Of a stretch of DNA of 64,000 nt, positions 16,571 through 28,099 are shown in pieces. Positions within the stretch are counted from its first letter, which is position 1, and every line of letters begins with the position of its first letter. Source of the stretch: Hyphococcus sp. (GTDB lineage Bacteria; Pseudomonadota; Alphaproteobacteria; Caulobacterales; Parvularculaceae); assembly GCA_965230025.1 (NCBI GenBank), contig CBDDKD010000005.1, positions 17,964 through 81,963 on the forward strand, read 5' to 3'. A program made the position numbers and the translations under genes. The notes under the pieces were generated by a model. The model made no database searches. It was not told the origin of the DNA and saw only the letters and a list, made by a program, of their open reading frames with translations.

Positions 16571-17893
16571 ATGCAGGAAAGCGGTAGCGTGAAGACGATC
16601 TGCAAAGTGATTCCGGCTGCTGTGCTGATCGGTACAGCGTTGATGGCGACAAGCGCGCAGGCGCAGGACGCGCCCGCGGCGTCCGACACTTCGGTGTTCG
16701 TTTTCAATACGCTGTTGTTCCTGATCTCCGGCATGGTGGTCATGTTCATGGCGGCGGGCTTTTGCATGCTGGAAGTGGGGCTCGTACGCTCGAAGAACGC
16801 CGCAACCATCTGTGTCAAGAACATATGCCTTTATTCCATCGCGGGGATCATGGTCTGGCTGTTTGGCTACAATCTGATTTACGGCGTCGGCGAGGGCGGA
16901 CTGATCGGCAGGTTCGCGGTCTGGGGCGCCGACGATACATCGCCATTCGAGACCGGTTATGCGGCGAGTTCCGACTGGTATTTTCAGATGGTGTTTGTCG
17001 CGACTGCAGCGTCAATCGTCTCCGGCACGCTTGCAGAGCGCATCAAGCTGTGGCCGTTCCTCGCCTTTGTTGCGATCCTGACCGGCTTTATCTATCCGAT
17101 CCAGGCGTCCTGGGAATGGGGCGAGGGATATCTGCATACGGTTTGGGATTTTGCCGATTTCGCCGGCTCAACCCTGGTGCATTCGACCGGCGGCTGGGCG
17201 GCGCTCGCGGGCGCGATTGTCGTCGGGCCGCGCGCCGGGAAATATGTGTCGGGCCGCGTCGCGCCGTTGCCGGGATCGTCCTTGCCGCTGGCGGCGCTCG
17301 GGACATTTATATTGTGGCTCGGCTGGTTCGGTTTTAACGGCGGATCGCAACTGGCGCTCGGCACGATTGACGACGCGATTTCCGTTGCGAAGATTTTCGT
17401 CAACACCAACATGGCCGCCTGCGCCGGCGTCCTGTCCGCGCTCATACTGACCCAGCTCACTTATAAAAAAGTCGATCTGACGATTGTTTTGAACGGCGCC
17501 ATCGGCGGGCTGGTGTCGATCACCGCCGATCCGTTACACCCGATGATATGGCAGGCGTTGCTGATCGGCGCGGTGGGCGGCGCGATTGTCACCTTCGCCG
17601 TACCGCTGCTGGACAAGTTGAAGATCGACGATGTTGTCGGCGCCATTCCGGCGCATTTGTTCTGCGGCGTCTGGGGCACGCTGATTGTTCCCCTGACAAA
17701 CCCCGATGCGCGCTGGATCGGACAGATTGTCGGGATTATCATGATCGGCGCGTTTGTTTTTCTCACCAGCCTGCTGCTCTGGCTGGCGCTGAAGTACACT
17801 GTCGGCGTGCGCGCCAGCGAACGCGATGAGCGCATCGGGCTTGATAAAACCGAACTGGGCCTTGAGGCCTATCCCGAGTTTGCGTCCACGTAA
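16571..17893 (+). CDS. amtB: Ammonium transporter
   Basis: DFAGSTLVH, LWLGWFGFNGGS and DDVVGAIPAH motifs. Confidence 0.96.
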   Translation: MQESGSVKTICKVIPAAVLIGTALMATSAQAQDAPAASDTSVFVFNTLLFLISGMVVMFMAAGFCMLEVGLVRSKNAATICVKNICLYSIAGIMVWLFGYNLIYGVGEGGLIGRFAVWGADDTSPFETGYAASSDWYFQMVFVATAASIVSGTLAERIKLWPFLAFVAILTGFIYPIQASWEWGEGYLHTVWDFADFAGSTLVHSTGGWAALAGAIVVGPRAGKYVSGRVAPLPGSSLPLAALGTFILWLGWFGFNGGSQLALGTIDDAISVAKIFVNTNMAACAGVLSALILTQLTYKKVDLTIVLNGAIGGLVSITADPLHPMIWQALLIGAVGGAIVTFAVPLLDKLKIDDVVGAIPAHLFCGVWGTLIVPLTNPDARWIGQIVGIIMIGAFVFLTSLLLWLALKYTVGVRASERDERIGLDKTELGLEAYPEFAST

Positions 17894-17928
17894 GATACCC
17901 GGAAAGGAGACGCCTGATTTCTGATCGC

Positions 17929-19356
17929 ATGCTGAAATTCACGTCGCTGAAACGCGAGACGCCGCCAAAGCGCGACGCCGCCGCGCGGCGCGATGATTTT
18001 GATGAAATCTATCGCGACTTCGCGCGCGACCATGCGGCGGCGCAGGCCGCCCGGTGCAGTCAGTGCGGCGTGCCGTTCTGTCAGAACCATTGCCCGCTCG
18101 GCAATGATATTCCCGACTGGCTGAAACTTGTCGCAGAGGGCAGGCTTGAGGAAGCTTATGCGGTCTCGTCGGCGACCAACAACATGCCGGAAGTCTGCGG
18201 GCGCATCTGTCCCCAGGACCGTTTGTGCGAAGGCGCCTGCGTCATTGAGCAGTCCGATCACGGGACGGTGACGATCGGCGCCGTGGAGCAATACATTACC
18301 GAGACCGCATGGGACAAAGGCTGGATCAAACCATTACGCCCGGCGCGCGAGCGGACGCAATCGGTTGGCGTTATCGGCGCCGGGCCTGCGGGGCTCGCCG
18401 CGGCGGAAGAACTGCGCCGCGAAGGATTTCAGGTAACGATCTATGACCGCTATGACCGCACAGGCGGGCTGCTTATCTATGGCATTCCCAATTTCAAGCT
18501 TGAAAAGAATGTCGTTACACGGCGTACGGACTATCTTGAGAAGAGCGGTGTCGTCTTCGAGCGCAATGTGGATATCGGGCGAGATATCGCATTTCCGGAA
18601 TTGCGCGTGCGCCACGACGCGACGCTGATCGCGACCGGTGTTTACAAGGCGCGCAGCCTCGCGTGCCCCGGTGTTGGCAACAAAGGCGTTATCGCGGCGC
18701 TTGATTACTTGACGGCGTCGAACCGCAAGGGGCTTGGCGACAAGGTCGGTGCGTTTGACAATGGCGATCTTGACGCACGCGGCAAAAAAGTTGTCGTGCT
18801 GGGTGGCGGCGACACGGCGATGGACTGTGTCCGGACGGCGGTGCGTCAGGGAGCGGCCTCAGTCACTTGCCTTTATCGGCGCGACAAAAAGAACATGCCC
18901 GGCTCCGCCCGCGAAGTTGCAAATGCTGAAGAAGAGGGTGTCATCTTTGAATGGCTCGCTGCGCCAAAAGCGATATTAGGTGAGGCGGCTGGCGTCGATG
19001 GCGTACGCGCTATCCGAATGGAGCTTGGCGCGCCCGATGCGTCCGGCCGGCGCGCACCGGTGGAGCGCGCAGGCTCTGAGTTTCGCGTCGACGCCGATCT
19101 CGTCATTGAAGCGCTTGGTTTTGAACCGGAAGACCAGCCCGAACTGTTTGATGCGCCGGAATTAAAGGTGACGCCGCGCGGGACGCTGCGCGTCGATGCG
19201 GACAGTCTGGAGACGAGCCTGCCGGGCGTCTATGCGGCGGGCGATATCGTGCGCGGCGCGTCGCTTGTGGTGTGGGCGATTGTCGATGGACGCCACGCCG
19301 CCGAGGCGATTTCCGCGCGGCTTAAAGTACAGACAATGCGCCCGGCGGCGGAATGA
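17929..19356 (+). CDS. gltD: Glutamate synthase small subunit
   Basis: CSQCGVPFC, CGRICPQDRLCE, GAGPAG, GGGDTAMDC. Confidence 0.96.
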   Translation: MLKFTSLKRETPPKRDAAARRDDFDEIYRDFARDHAAAQAARCSQCGVPFCQNHCPLGNDIPDWLKLVAEGRLEEAYAVSSATNNMPEVCGRICPQDRLCEGACVIEQSDHGTVTIGAVEQYITETAWDKGWIKPLRPARERTQSVGVIGAGPAGLAAAEELRREGFQVTIYDRYDRTGGLLIYGIPNFKLEKNVVTRRTDYLEKSGVVFERNVDIGRDIAFPELRVRHDATLIATGVYKARSLACPGVGNKGVIAALDYLTASNRKGLGDKVGAFDNGDLDARGKKVVVLGGGDTAMDCVRTAVRQGAASVTCLYRRDKKNMPGSAREVANAEEEGVIFEWLAAPKAILGEAAGVDGVRAIRMELGAPDASGRRAPVERAGSEFRVDADLVIEALGFEPEDQPELFDAPELKVTPRGTLRVDADSLETSLPGVYAAGDIVRGASLVVWAIVDGRHAAEAISARLKVQTMRPAAE

Positions 19357-22300
19357 GGAAAAGTATGGCTGACGATATCGCCGGATATGTGCGTAAACGC
19401 GATGCGCTGATTGAGGCGGGCGCCTATGATCCGTCATCGGAGCGTGACGCCTGCGGCGTTGGCCTGGTTGCGGCGCTTGATGCGCGTCCACGGCGGGAAA
19501 TTGTCGAAATGGCGCTCGCCGCACTGAAGGCAGTCTGGCATCGCGGCGCCGTGGACGCCGACGGCAAGACCGGCGACGGCGCCGGCATCCGGCTTAACGT
19601 GCCACAGGGTTTGTTTCATCGTTTTGTGGCGCGCACGGGCCATACGGTGGGGGAGGAAGACATTTGCGTCGGCATGGTGTTCCTGCCGCGCACGGATTTC
19701 GCCGCGCAGGATGCGGCGCGCGGGATTGTCGAATCTGAAATTCTGCGGCGCGGCTTTTATATCTATGGCTGGCGTCAGGTGCCGGTGCAGGCGCGCAGCC
19801 TTGGCGCGAAAGCGAACGCGACGCGACCTGAGATCGAGCAGATCCTTTTCTGCGACCCGAAAGGCCGACCCAACGCTGACCTCGACCGTGCGCTTTATGT
19901 CGTGCGCCGGCGTATTGAAAAGCGCGCCCGGGAGCAGGGCCTGCATGAACTCTATCTGTGCTCCCTGTCGTCGCAGGACGTTGTCTATAAGGGTATGTTT
20001 CTCGCCGAAGAAATCGATAATTTTTATACGGATTTAAAAGACGAAGAGTTCGTCTCCCGTGTGGCGATTTTTCACCAACGCTATTCGACAAACACGTTTC
20101 CCGAATGGCGCCTTGCGCAACCTTTCCGGATGCTGGCCCATAATGGCGAGATCAATACGCTGAAAGGCAATGTCAACTGGATGAAAAGTCATGAAATCCG
20201 GATGACGTCGAAAATCTTCGGTGACGATGGCGACTATATCAAGCCGGTGATCCAACCGGGGTCTTCGGATTCCGCAACGCTCGATCAGGTCTTCGAGCTA
20301 TTGGTGCGCGCCGGGCGACCGGCGCCGATGGCGAAAACGCTTCTCATTCCGGAAGCCTGGTCGAAGCGTCTTTCCGCCATGTCGGCAAAGTGGCGCGCGC
20401 TTTATGAATATTGCAACTCGGTGATGGAGCCATGGGACGGCCCGGCGGCCGTCGCGGCCTATGATGGGCGCTGGGCGGTGGCCGGACTGGATCGCAATGG
20501 TCTGCGGCCCTTGCGATACGCGATTACCGAAGACGGCATTCTCGCGGTCGGGTCCGAGACGGGCATGTGCCCTTTGGATGGCCGCAAGGTTGAGCGGCGC
20601 GGCGCCATTGAGCCGGGGCGGATGATCGCCGTTGATATGGAAAAGGCGAAGTTTTATTCGTCGGAAGATATTCTCGACCGCTTGTCCGAAAAGCGCCCCT
20701 ATGCAGAGTGGCTTGAAAACATTGTCGAGCTTGAAGACAAGATCGGACCCGGAACCGAGGAACGTCTGTTTCAGGGCGAAGAACTGCTGCGCCGTCAGGG
20801 GGCAGCGGGCTATAATCTTGAAACCCTTGATCTGATTTTGCGTCCCATGGTGGAAACCCGGAAAGAGGCCGTCGGGTCCATGGGCGACGACACGCCGATC
20901 GCGGTGCTTTCCGAGAATTATCGCCCGCTTTCCCATTTCTTCCGGCAGAATTTCAGCCAGGTTACAAACCCGCCGATCGATCCGTTGCGCGAAGACGGGG
21001 TGATGAGCCTGAAGACCCGCTTCAAAAATCTCGGCAATATTCTGGTTACGGACAAAACCCAGACCGATGTCTTCGTTCTGGAAAGTCCGATCCTCACCAA
21101 TGGCATGTTTGGCCGGTTGAAAAACTATCTGGATCAGAAAATCGTTGAGATCGACTGCACCTATGTCGCCGACGGCATTACCGGCAACGGTCAGGCCTTG
21201 CGGCGCGCGCTTGACCGCATCTGCCGGGAAGCGGAAGCGGCGGTCGCCGGCGGCGCCGGTCATATTGTGTTGACCGATCAATATCAGGGGGCGGGGCGTG
21301 TCGGCGCGCCGATGATCCTCGCGGCGGGCGGCGTTCATGCGCATCTCACCAAGGCGGGACGGCGCAGTTTCTGTTCGATTATCGTGCGCGCCGCTGAATG
21401 TCTTGATTCCCATTATGCGGCGGTGCTTGTCGGGGTCGGGGCGACGGCGGTGAACCCTTATCTCGCTTTTGACAGCGTGGCGCAGGCCCATGCGCGCGGG
21501 CTCCATGGCGATCTTTCCCTTGGCGATTGCGCTTACAATTATAAATGCGCGCTCGAAGCAGGGCTTTTGAAAATTATCTCAAAGATGGGCATTTCGGTCA
21601 TCTCCGCTTATCGCGGCGGGTGCAACTTTGAGGCGCTTGGGTTGTCGCGCACGCTTGTGGAAGAGTTCTTCCCTGGCATGACCAGCCGGATTTCCGGCAT
21701 CGGCCTTGCGGGGCTTGAGAAAAAGACGGCGGAGTTGCACGCAGCCGCCTGGGACAGCGCTGCGGCGCGTCTGCCGACTGGCGGATTCTATCGCCAGCGC
21801 CGCAAAGGCGAACATCATATTTTTGAGGCGGATCTGATCAGCGATCTGCAAACCGCAGTGCGCAATGACGACGCGGCCGCCTTCGCGCGCTACACGGATC
21901 AATTGCATAGGCAACCGCCGGCGCAAATTCGCGATTTATTGCAGGCGCGCCCGGTTGGCGCTTCGGTCGGGCTTGAGAAAGTCGAGCCGGCGAATGATAT
22001 CCGGCGCCGCTTTTTAACACCGGGCATGTCGCTGGGCGCGTTGTCGCCGGAGGCGCATGGCGCGCTCAACATCGCCATGAACCGCATCGGCGCGAAATCC
22101 GTTTCCGGAGAGGGCGGCGAAGCGCCGGAACGATATCAATTGATGCCCAATGGCGACAATGCGAACTCCGCCGTGAAACAGATCGCTTCCGGCCGCTTTG
22201 GCGTCACGGCCGAATATCTCAACCAGTGCCGCGAAATCGAAATCAAGGTCGCGCAAGGCGCAAAACCCGGCGAGGGCGGTCAGTTGCCGGGTTTTAAAGT

Positions 22301-23876
22301 CACGGACTTCATTGCGCGCATGCGTCATGCAACGCCCGGCGTAACGCTGATCTCGCCGCCGCCCCATCATGACATCTATTCCATCGAGGATCTTGCGCAG
22401 CTGATTTATGACCTGAAGCAGATCAACCCCGATGCGCGGGTTTGCGTGAAGCTTGTCTCCGCGTCCGGTATCGGGGCGATTGCGGCGGGCGTCGCAAAGG
22501 CGAAAGCGGACACCATTCTGATCTCCGGTAATGTCGGCGGCACCGGCGCATCTCCGCAGACTTCGATCAAATTCGCCGGCGCCCCATGGGAGCTTGGACT
22601 GTCCGAAGCGCATCAGGTTTTGACGTTGAACAATCTGCGCGAAGAGGTGACGCTCAGAACCGATGGCGGCATTCGCACCGGGCGCGATGTGGTGATCGCG
22701 GCGATGCTCGGCGCTGAAGAATTCGGCATCGGCACCGTATCGCTGGTCGCTATGGGGTGCCTCATGGTGCGTCAATGTCATTCGAATACGTGTCCCGTCG
22801 GCATCTGTACGCAGGACGACGCGTTGCGCGAACATTTCGCCGGCCAACCTGATCATGTCGTTCGACTTATGACGTTTATTGCAGAGGATGTTCGGTCGAT
22901 CCTCGCCGATCTCGGCGCGAGGTCCCTTGAAGATGTTATCGGCCGCGCCGACCTTCTCGATCAGGTCTCGCGCGGGGCGGCGCATCTTGACGATCTTGAT
23001 CTCAACCCGATCCTCACGCTGGTCGATGCGGGGGAGCGACCGAAACGCTCAACCCGCAAGGGCCGCGCGGAAGTCGTCGATACGCTGGACCAGCGCATCG
23101 AACCGGATCTGGCGCCGTTTCTGGCGCGCGGCGAACGCGTGCAGCTTTCCTATCCCGTCAAGAACACCGACCGGGCGATTGGCGCGCGCATCTCCTCCGC
23201 GATTGTCCGTAACTTCAAAAGGGAAGCGCTGACGCCTGATCATGCGACGTTGCGGCTCTCCGGTTCGGCGGGACAGTCCCTCGGCGCCTTTGGCGCATAT
23301 GGATTGAAAGTCATCGTTGACGGCGACGCGAACGACTATGTCGGCAAAGGACTTTCCGGCGCGACCCTCGTTGTCCGTCCGGCGGATGCACATGGGCGCG
23401 CAGACGATGCGATCATCGGCAATACTTGTTTATACGGCGCGACGTCAGGAAGCCTGTTTGCCGCGGGGCGCGCGGGCGGACGCTTCGCCGTCAGAAACTC
23501 CGGCGCGACAACGGTAATCGAGGGCTGTTCCGCCAATGGATGCGAATACATGACCGGCGGCGTTGCGGTAATTCTTGGCGATGTCGGCGCCAATTTCGCA
23601 GCGGGCATGACCGGCGGCCGCGCCTATGTTTATGACGAAAGCGCCGCCTTTGAAGAAATGGCGAACACCGAAAGCGTCGCCTTGCGCGGGTTTCACGACG
23701 GCGCTGACGACCAGGAATGCATCGCGTTGATCGAACATCATTGGCGTGAGACCCGTTCCGCAAAAGCGCGCGCCATCCTCGACGACTGGACGAACGCCCG
23801 CGCCAGATTCTGGGTTGTCGAACCGCTTGAATTAATTTCTCGCCACCCTGTGCAGCAATCCGCCGCGTCTGCATGA
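19353..23876 (+). CDS. gltB: Glutamate synthase large subunit
   Basis: ACGVG, HQRYSTNT, EPWDGPA, QGAKPGEGGQLPG; 1507 aa. Confidence 0.98.
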   Translation: MRKSMADDIAGYVRKRDALIEAGAYDPSSERDACGVGLVAALDARPRREIVEMALAALKAVWHRGAVDADGKTGDGAGIRLNVPQGLFHRFVARTGHTVGEEDICVGMVFLPRTDFAAQDAARGIVESEILRRGFYIYGWRQVPVQARSLGAKANATRPEIEQILFCDPKGRPNADLDRALYVVRRRIEKRAREQGLHELYLCSLSSQDVVYKGMFLAEEIDNFYTDLKDEEFVSRVAIFHQRYSTNTFPEWRLAQPFRMLAHNGEINTLKGNVNWMKSHEIRMTSKIFGDDGDYIKPVIQPGSSDSATLDQVFELLVRAGRPAPMAKTLLIPEAWSKRLSAMSAKWRALYEYCNSVMEPWDGPAAVAAYDGRWAVAGLDRNGLRPLRYAITEDGILAVGSETGMCPLDGRKVERRGAIEPGRMIAVDMEKAKFYSSEDILDRLSEKRPYAEWLENIVELEDKIGPGTEERLFQGEELLRRQGAAGYNLETLDLILRPMVETRKEAVGSMGDDTPIAVLSENYRPLSHFFRQNFSQVTNPPIDPLREDGVMSLKTRFKNLGNILVTDKTQTDVFVLESPILTNGMFGRLKNYLDQKIVEIDCTYVADGITGNGQALRRALDRICREAEAAVAGGAGHIVLTDQYQGAGRVGAPMILAAGGVHAHLTKAGRRSFCSIIVRAAECLDSHYAAVLVGVGATAVNPYLAFDSVAQAHARGLHGDLSLGDCAYNYKCALEAGLLKIISKMGISVISAYRGGCNFEALGLSRTLVEEFFPGMTSRISGIGLAGLEKKTAELHAAAWDSAAARLPTGGFYRQRRKGEHHIFEADLISDLQTAVRNDDAAAFARYTDQLHRQPPAQIRDLLQARPVGASVGLEKVEPANDIRRRFLTPGMSLGALSPEAHGALNIAMNRIGAKSVSGEGGEAPERYQLMPNGDNANSAVKQIASGRFGVTAEYLNQCREIEIKVAQGAKPGEGGQLPGFKVTDFIARMRHATPGVTLISPPPHHDIYSIEDLAQLIYDLKQINPDARVCVKLVSASGIGAIAAGVAKAKADTILISGNVGGTGASPQTSIKFAGAPWELGLSEAHQVLTLNNLREEVTLRTDGGIRTGRDVVIAAMLGAEEFGIGTVSLVAMGCLMVRQCHSNTCPVGICTQDDALREHFAGQPDHVVRLMTFIAEDVRSILADLGARSLEDVIGRADLLDQVSRGAAHLDDLDLNPILTLVDAGERPKRSTRKGRAEVVDTLDQRIEPDLAPFLARGERVQLSYPVKNTDRAIGARISSAIVRNFKREALTPDHATLRLSGSAGQSLGAFGAYGLKVIVDGDANDYVGKGLSGATLVVRPADAHGRADDAIIGNTCLYGATSGSLFAAGRAGGRFAVRNSGATTVIEGCSANGCEYMTGGVAVILGDVGANFAAGMTGGRAYVYDESAAFEEMANTESVALRGFHDGADDQECIALIEHHWRETRSAKARAILDDWTNARARFWVVEPLELISRHPVQQSAASA

Positions 23877-23924
23877 CGACGCGAACGGTTCTGTATATAG
23901 TCCTCGCGAAACGGGAGAGAATCA

Positions 23925-24485
23925 GTGGCGCGTCAGATTCCTATATTGATGTTGATGTCTGGAGTGATGGCGCTTGCCGGATGTGGCGGTGAGACGGCGC
24001 CCGAATCAGATGGTCACGCCGTTGGCTATGTCGCCGGGCCGGACATCGTTCGCCACAGCGCCGACGCGGAAAACGGTCGCGGCCTGTTCGTCTCCAAAGG
24101 CTGTGTGATCTGCCATTCGGTAAATGGCGTCGGCGGTAAGGCGGCGCCGACGCTCGATGCGTCCGTGGGTTCGCCGGCGATCGATCCGCTGGAATTCGCC
24201 GCCCGAATGTGGCGCGGCGCGCCGGCGATGATCGAACTTCAGTCAATCGAACTTGGCTATACGATTTATCTCACCGCCGATGAGATTGGCGATCTGGCGG
24301 CGTTCCATGCAAACCGCGACGCGCAGGCGAAGCTGAGCGCCGACGATCTTCCCGAAAACATCAAAAACGGTCTCCTTGATGAGCGGTTCTGGGAAATGGA
24401 AGACTGGGATGACTTCCTGCGCTCCGGTCAGGAAGGGGACTTCACCGTCGAAGATACGCCGGTGGAGGATGATCCACAGCAATAG
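23925..24485 (+). CDS. c-type cytochrome lipoprotein
   Basis: LAGC lipobox; single CVICH heme motif. Confidence 0.85.
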   Translation: MARQIPILMLMSGVMALAGCGGETAPESDGHAVGYVAGPDIVRHSADAENGRGLFVSKGCVICHSVNGVGGKAAPTLDASVGSPAIDPLEFAARMWRGAPAMIELQSIELGYTIYLTADEIGDLAAFHANRDAQAKLSADDLPENIKNGLLDERFWEMEDWDDFLRSGQEGDFTVEDTPVEDDPQQ

Positions 24486-24618
24486 CTTTAGCCGGCGGCG
24501 TTGTTTGCTGCGGTTTTCGGCCTCAGCGGCGTCGATTCGCGTTGCCTTTGCCAGCGCACCTTTCTAGGTTGCGGCCAGTTTTCAAAGGGCGGCGTTCGCC
24601 CGTTTGAGGAGGCCTTAC

Positions 24619-25014
24619 GTGGCGACCCCTGATTTTCTGCTCGATTATCTGCCGATCCTGGTTTTCCTTGGAATTGCGCTCGTGCTGGCGATTGGTTTTC
24701 TTGTCGCGCCGGCGATTATCGCGCCGGCGGAGCCGGACCCGGAGAAAGTCTCCACCTATGAGTGTGGGTTCAACGCATTTGACGATGCGCGGATGAAGTT
24801 CGACGTGCAATTCTACATCGTCGCGATCCTGTTCATCATTGTCGATCTCGACGTGGCGTTCCTGTTTCCCTGGGCGGTGACCCTGTTCAATCCGGAACTT
24901 GGCGCTGATCGGGATTTCCAGATTTTTGCTTTCTGGTCGATGTTCGTTTTTATCGCCGTTTTCGCCGTCGGCTTCCTCTATGAGTGGAAGAAGGGAGCGC
25001 TGGAATGGCGTTAG
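24619..25014 (+). CDS. nuoA: NADH-quinone oxidoreductase subunit A
   Basis: [10 protein letters not shown] and [10 protein letters not shown]; GAGGAGG plus GTG start. Confidence 0.96.
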   Translation: MATPDFLLDYLPILVFLGIALVLAIGFLVAPAIIAPAEPDPEKVSTYECGFNAFDDARMKFDVQFYIVAILFIIVDLDVAFLFPWAVTLFNPELGADRDFQIFAFWSMFVFIAVFAVGFLYEWKKGALEWR

Positions 25015-25583
25015 ACAACAAAGACTTATCGCCACTTCCTTATGGAACGGCAGCACGCGCTGGCGCGCCCGGTTATAGCCCTGACGCCAAGGACCCGTTC
25101 TTTGGCGAGCTTTCCGACCAGCTGGCGGATCGCGGCTTTTTCACGGCCCCGGCGGACGCGCTGATCAACTGGGCGCGCACGGGCTCGCTCATGTGGATGA
25201 CATTCGGGCTCGCCTGCTGCGCGGTGGAAATGATGCAGGCGTCGATGCCGCGCTATGACCTTGAGCGGTTTGGTTTTGCTCCGCGCGCATCCCCGCGCCA
25301 GTCGGACGTCATGATCGTCGCCGGGACGCTCACCAACAAAATGGCCCCGGCGCTGCGTAAGGTTTACGACCAGATGCCGAACCCGCGCTATGTGATCTCC
25401 ATGGGCTCCTGCGCGAATGGCGGCGGCTATTATCATTATTCCTATGCGGTGGTGCGTGGTTGCGACCGCGTCGTGCCGGTGGACATCTATGTACCGGGCT
25501 GCCCGCCGACGGCCGAAGCGCTCGTTTATGGCATCCTGCAATTGCAGAAGAAGATCCGGCGGGAAGGGTCGATTGTTCGTTGA
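25005..25583 (+). CDS. nuoB: NADH-quinone oxidoreductase subunit B
   Basis: [10 protein letters not shown] and PGCPPT. Confidence 0.97.
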   Translation: MALDNKDLSPLPYGTAARAGAPGYSPDAKDPFFGELSDQLADRGFFTAPADALINWARTGSLMWMTFGLACCAVEMMQASMPRYDLERFGFAPRASPRQSDVMIVAGTLTNKMAPALRKVYDQMPNPRYVISMGSCANGGGYYHYSYAVVRGCDRVVPVDIYVPGCPPTAEALVYGILQLQKKIRREGSIVR

Positions 25584-25774
25584 AGTTTTGGTTTTCGATA
25601 GCTGTTATATTTGTTGTAGCTGCGTCAATCGTCGTCACTAACGAATTATATTTGGATGGGAATTTGTTTGTTTCAATTTTTGCATGGGTATTGGGGATCA
25701 ATGGAAGTACTTTTCTTTGTCTAAAACACGAGCAAGCGAAGAAAGACAAACTCGACGGTAAAATCCATGACTGA
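25580..25774 (+). CDS. Small AT-rich two-TM hypothetical protein between nuoB and nuoC
   Basis: TTG overlaps the nuoB stop and its own stop overlaps the nuoC start; hydrophobic sequence. Confidence 0.5.
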   Translation: MKFWFSIAVIFVVAASIVVTNELYLDGNLFVSIFAWVLGINGSTFLCLKHEQAKKDKLDGKIHD

Positions 25775-26378
25775 AGAACTTAATGATCTCGGCGCCCACA
25801 TCGCGAGCGCCATCGAAAACGATATCCGCGGTTTTGAGGTCGCCCATGGCGAGCTGACGGTTGACGCGCGCGCCGACCGCATCGTGCAGGTGCTGACGTT
25901 CCTGCGCGACGATCCGCTGGCGAAGTTTCTGGTGCTAATCGATTTGACCGGCGTTGATTATCCGGGCCGGAACAAGCGGTTTGACGTCGTTTATCATCTG
26001 CTGTCGATGCACAACAACACGCGCATCCGCGTCAAGACGAAGGTCGGCGAGGATGAGACCATTCCAACGGTGACGGGCGTTTATCCTTGCGCCGACTGGT
26101 TCGAGCGTGAAGCGTTCGACATGTATGGCATCGTCTTTTCCGGCCATCCTGACCTGCGCCGCATCCTGACCGATTACGGTTTTGAGGGGTATCCGCTGCG
26201 TAAGGATTTCCCGCTCACCGGCCATGTTGAGGTACGCTATGACGATGAGCAAAAGCGTGTCGTTTATGAGCCGGTGAAGCTGGTGCAGGAATTCCGCAAT
26301 TTCGATTACCTCTCCCCGTGGGAAGGCGCGCAATATGTGCTGCCGGGGGATGAGAAAGCGGAAGCAGGCAAGGAGTAA
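25767..26378 (+). CDS. nuoC: NADH-quinone oxidoreductase subunit C
   Basis: [12 protein letters not shown]...[24 protein letters not shown]. Confidence 0.97.
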   Translation: MTEELNDLGAHIASAIENDIRGFEVAHGELTVDARADRIVQVLTFLRDDPLAKFLVLIDLTGVDYPGRNKRFDVVYHLLSMHNNTRIRVKTKVGEDETIPTVTGVYPCADWFEREAFDMYGIVFSGHPDLRRILTDYGFEGYPLRKDFPLTGHVEVRYDDEQKRVVYEPVKLVQEFRNFDYLSPWEGAQYVLPGDEKAEAGKE

Positions 26379-26383
26379 CCGCG

Positions 26384-26809
26384 ATGACAGAGCGATCAGG
26401 CCAATGTCTTTGTGGCGCCATAAAGTTCAAAGCGACGCCTAAAAGCGGCGATGTGGGCGTATGTCATTGTTCGATGTGCCGCAAACACGCCGCCGGTCCG
26501 TTTTTCGCCGTTGATTGCGGCGCCAGCCTGTCATTCGATGACGAAACCAATGTCGGCGTTTACGGATCGTCCGATTGGGCCGAACGCGGCTTTTGCACAA
26601 AGTGCGGGTCGACGCTGTTCTGGCGCCTGAAAGACAAGTCGATCAACATCGTCGCTGTCGATACTTTTGACGACCCGGGTGCTTTGAAGCTCGACCACGA
26701 AGTCTTTATCGACGAGAAGCCCGGCTATTATTCATTTAACGAGAAGACCCAGCAACTGACCGGACAACAGGTGTTTGAAATGTTCGCGGGCGCGCAGGAA
26801 AATTCCTAA
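26384..26809 (+). CDS. GFA family (CENP-V-like) protein
   Basis: [29 protein letters not shown]. Confidence 0.92.
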   Translation: MTERSGQCLCGAIKFKATPKSGDVGVCHCSMCRKHAAGPFFAVDCGASLSFDDETNVGVYGSSDWAERGFCTKCGSTLFWRLKDKSINIVAVDTFDDPGALKLDHEVFIDEKPGYYSFNEKTQQLTGQQVFEMFAGAQENS

Positions 26810-28035
26810 TGGCTGACGGAACCAAAGTCATTGAAGTCGAAGATTCAACGTCGGACGCATCGTCCGAGCGTCAATTCACAATCAATTTCGGACCGCAGCA
26901 CCCGGCGGCGCATGGCGTGTTGCGTCTGGTGCTGGAACTTGACGGCGAAATCGTCGAGCGGGTCGACCCGCATATCGGTCTCCTCCATCGCGGCACCGAA
27001 AAGTTAATCGAGCACAAGACCTATCTTCAGGCGATCCCATATTTCGACCGGCTCGATTATGTGGCGCCGATGAACCAGGAACATGCGTTCTGCCTCGCGG
27101 CGGAAAAGCTGCTTGGCATCGAAGTGCCGAAACGGGCGCAGCATATCCGCGTTCTCTTCTCCGAGATTGGGCGAATTCTTTCTCACATCCTGAACGTGAC
27201 GACACAGGCGATGGATGTCGGCGCGCTGACGCCGCCGCTCTGGGGTTTTGAAGAGCGTGAAAAGCTGATGGTGTTTTACGAGCGTGCGTCTGGGTCGCGA
27301 ATGCATGCAGCATATTTCCGGGTAGGCGGCGTTCATCAGGACCTTCCCGAAGAGCTGATCAACGACATTGACGAATGGTGCGATCAGTTCCCGGAGAAGA
27401 TGAAAGACATTGAGACGCTGATCACCGACAACCGCATCTTCAAACAGCGCAATGTGGATATCGGCGTTGTCTCCAAAGACGATGCGTTCGCCTGGGGCTT
27501 TTCCGGCGTGATGGTGCGCGGATCGGGCATTCAATGGGATTTGCGCCGGGCGCAGCCTTATGAATCCTATGAGGAATATGATTTCCAGATTCCCATCGGC
27601 AAAAACGGCGACTGCTACGATCGTTACCTCTGCCGGATGGAGGAGATGTATCAGTCCGTTTCCATCATGAAGCAGGCGATTGCGAAACTGCGCGAAACGC
27701 CGGGTCCGGTGATGACAACCGACGGCAAGGTAGCGCCGCCGAAACGCGGCGACATGAAGGGCAATATGGAAGCCCTCATTCACCACTTTAAGCTTTATAC
27801 GGAAGGCTTCCATGTGCCGGAGGGCGAGGTCTACGCCGCCGTTGAAGCCCCCAAGGGCGAGTTCGGGGTCTATCTCGTCTCCGACGGTTCCAACAAACCC
27901 TATCGCTGCAAGATCCGCGCGCCAGGCTATCCGCACCTGCAGGCCATGGACTGGATGAACCGCGGTCACATGCTGGCGGATGTCTCTGCGATCCTGGGCT
28001 CGCTCGATATCGTGTTTGGCGAGATTGATCGGTAG
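26809..28035 (+). CDS. nuoD: NADH-quinone oxidoreductase subunit D
   Basis: [15 protein letters not shown] and DIVFGEIDR. Confidence 0.98.
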   Translation: MADGTKVIEVEDSTSDASSERQFTINFGPQHPAAHGVLRLVLELDGEIVERVDPHIGLLHRGTEKLIEHKTYLQAIPYFDRLDYVAPMNQEHAFCLAAEKLLGIEVPKRAQHIRVLFSEIGRILSHILNVTTQAMDVGALTPPLWGFEEREKLMVFYERASGSRMHAAYFRVGGVHQDLPEELINDIDEWCDQFPEKMKDIETLITDNRIFKQRNVDIGVVSKDDAFAWGFSGVMVRGSGIQWDLRRAQPYESYEEYDFQIPIGKNGDCYDRYLCRMEEMYQSVSIMKQAIAKLRETPGPVMTTDGKVAPPKRGDMKGNMEALIHHFKLYTEGFHVPEGEVYAAVEAPKGEFGVYLVSDGSNKPYRCKIRAPGYPHLQAMDWMNRGHMLADVSAILGSLDIVFGEIDR

Positions 28036-28099
28036 TTGGTTGAGCACGGATGCGGTGTAATAAGCGCTTGGAATAGAGCGCCAGAACCTAGTAGCCGCC

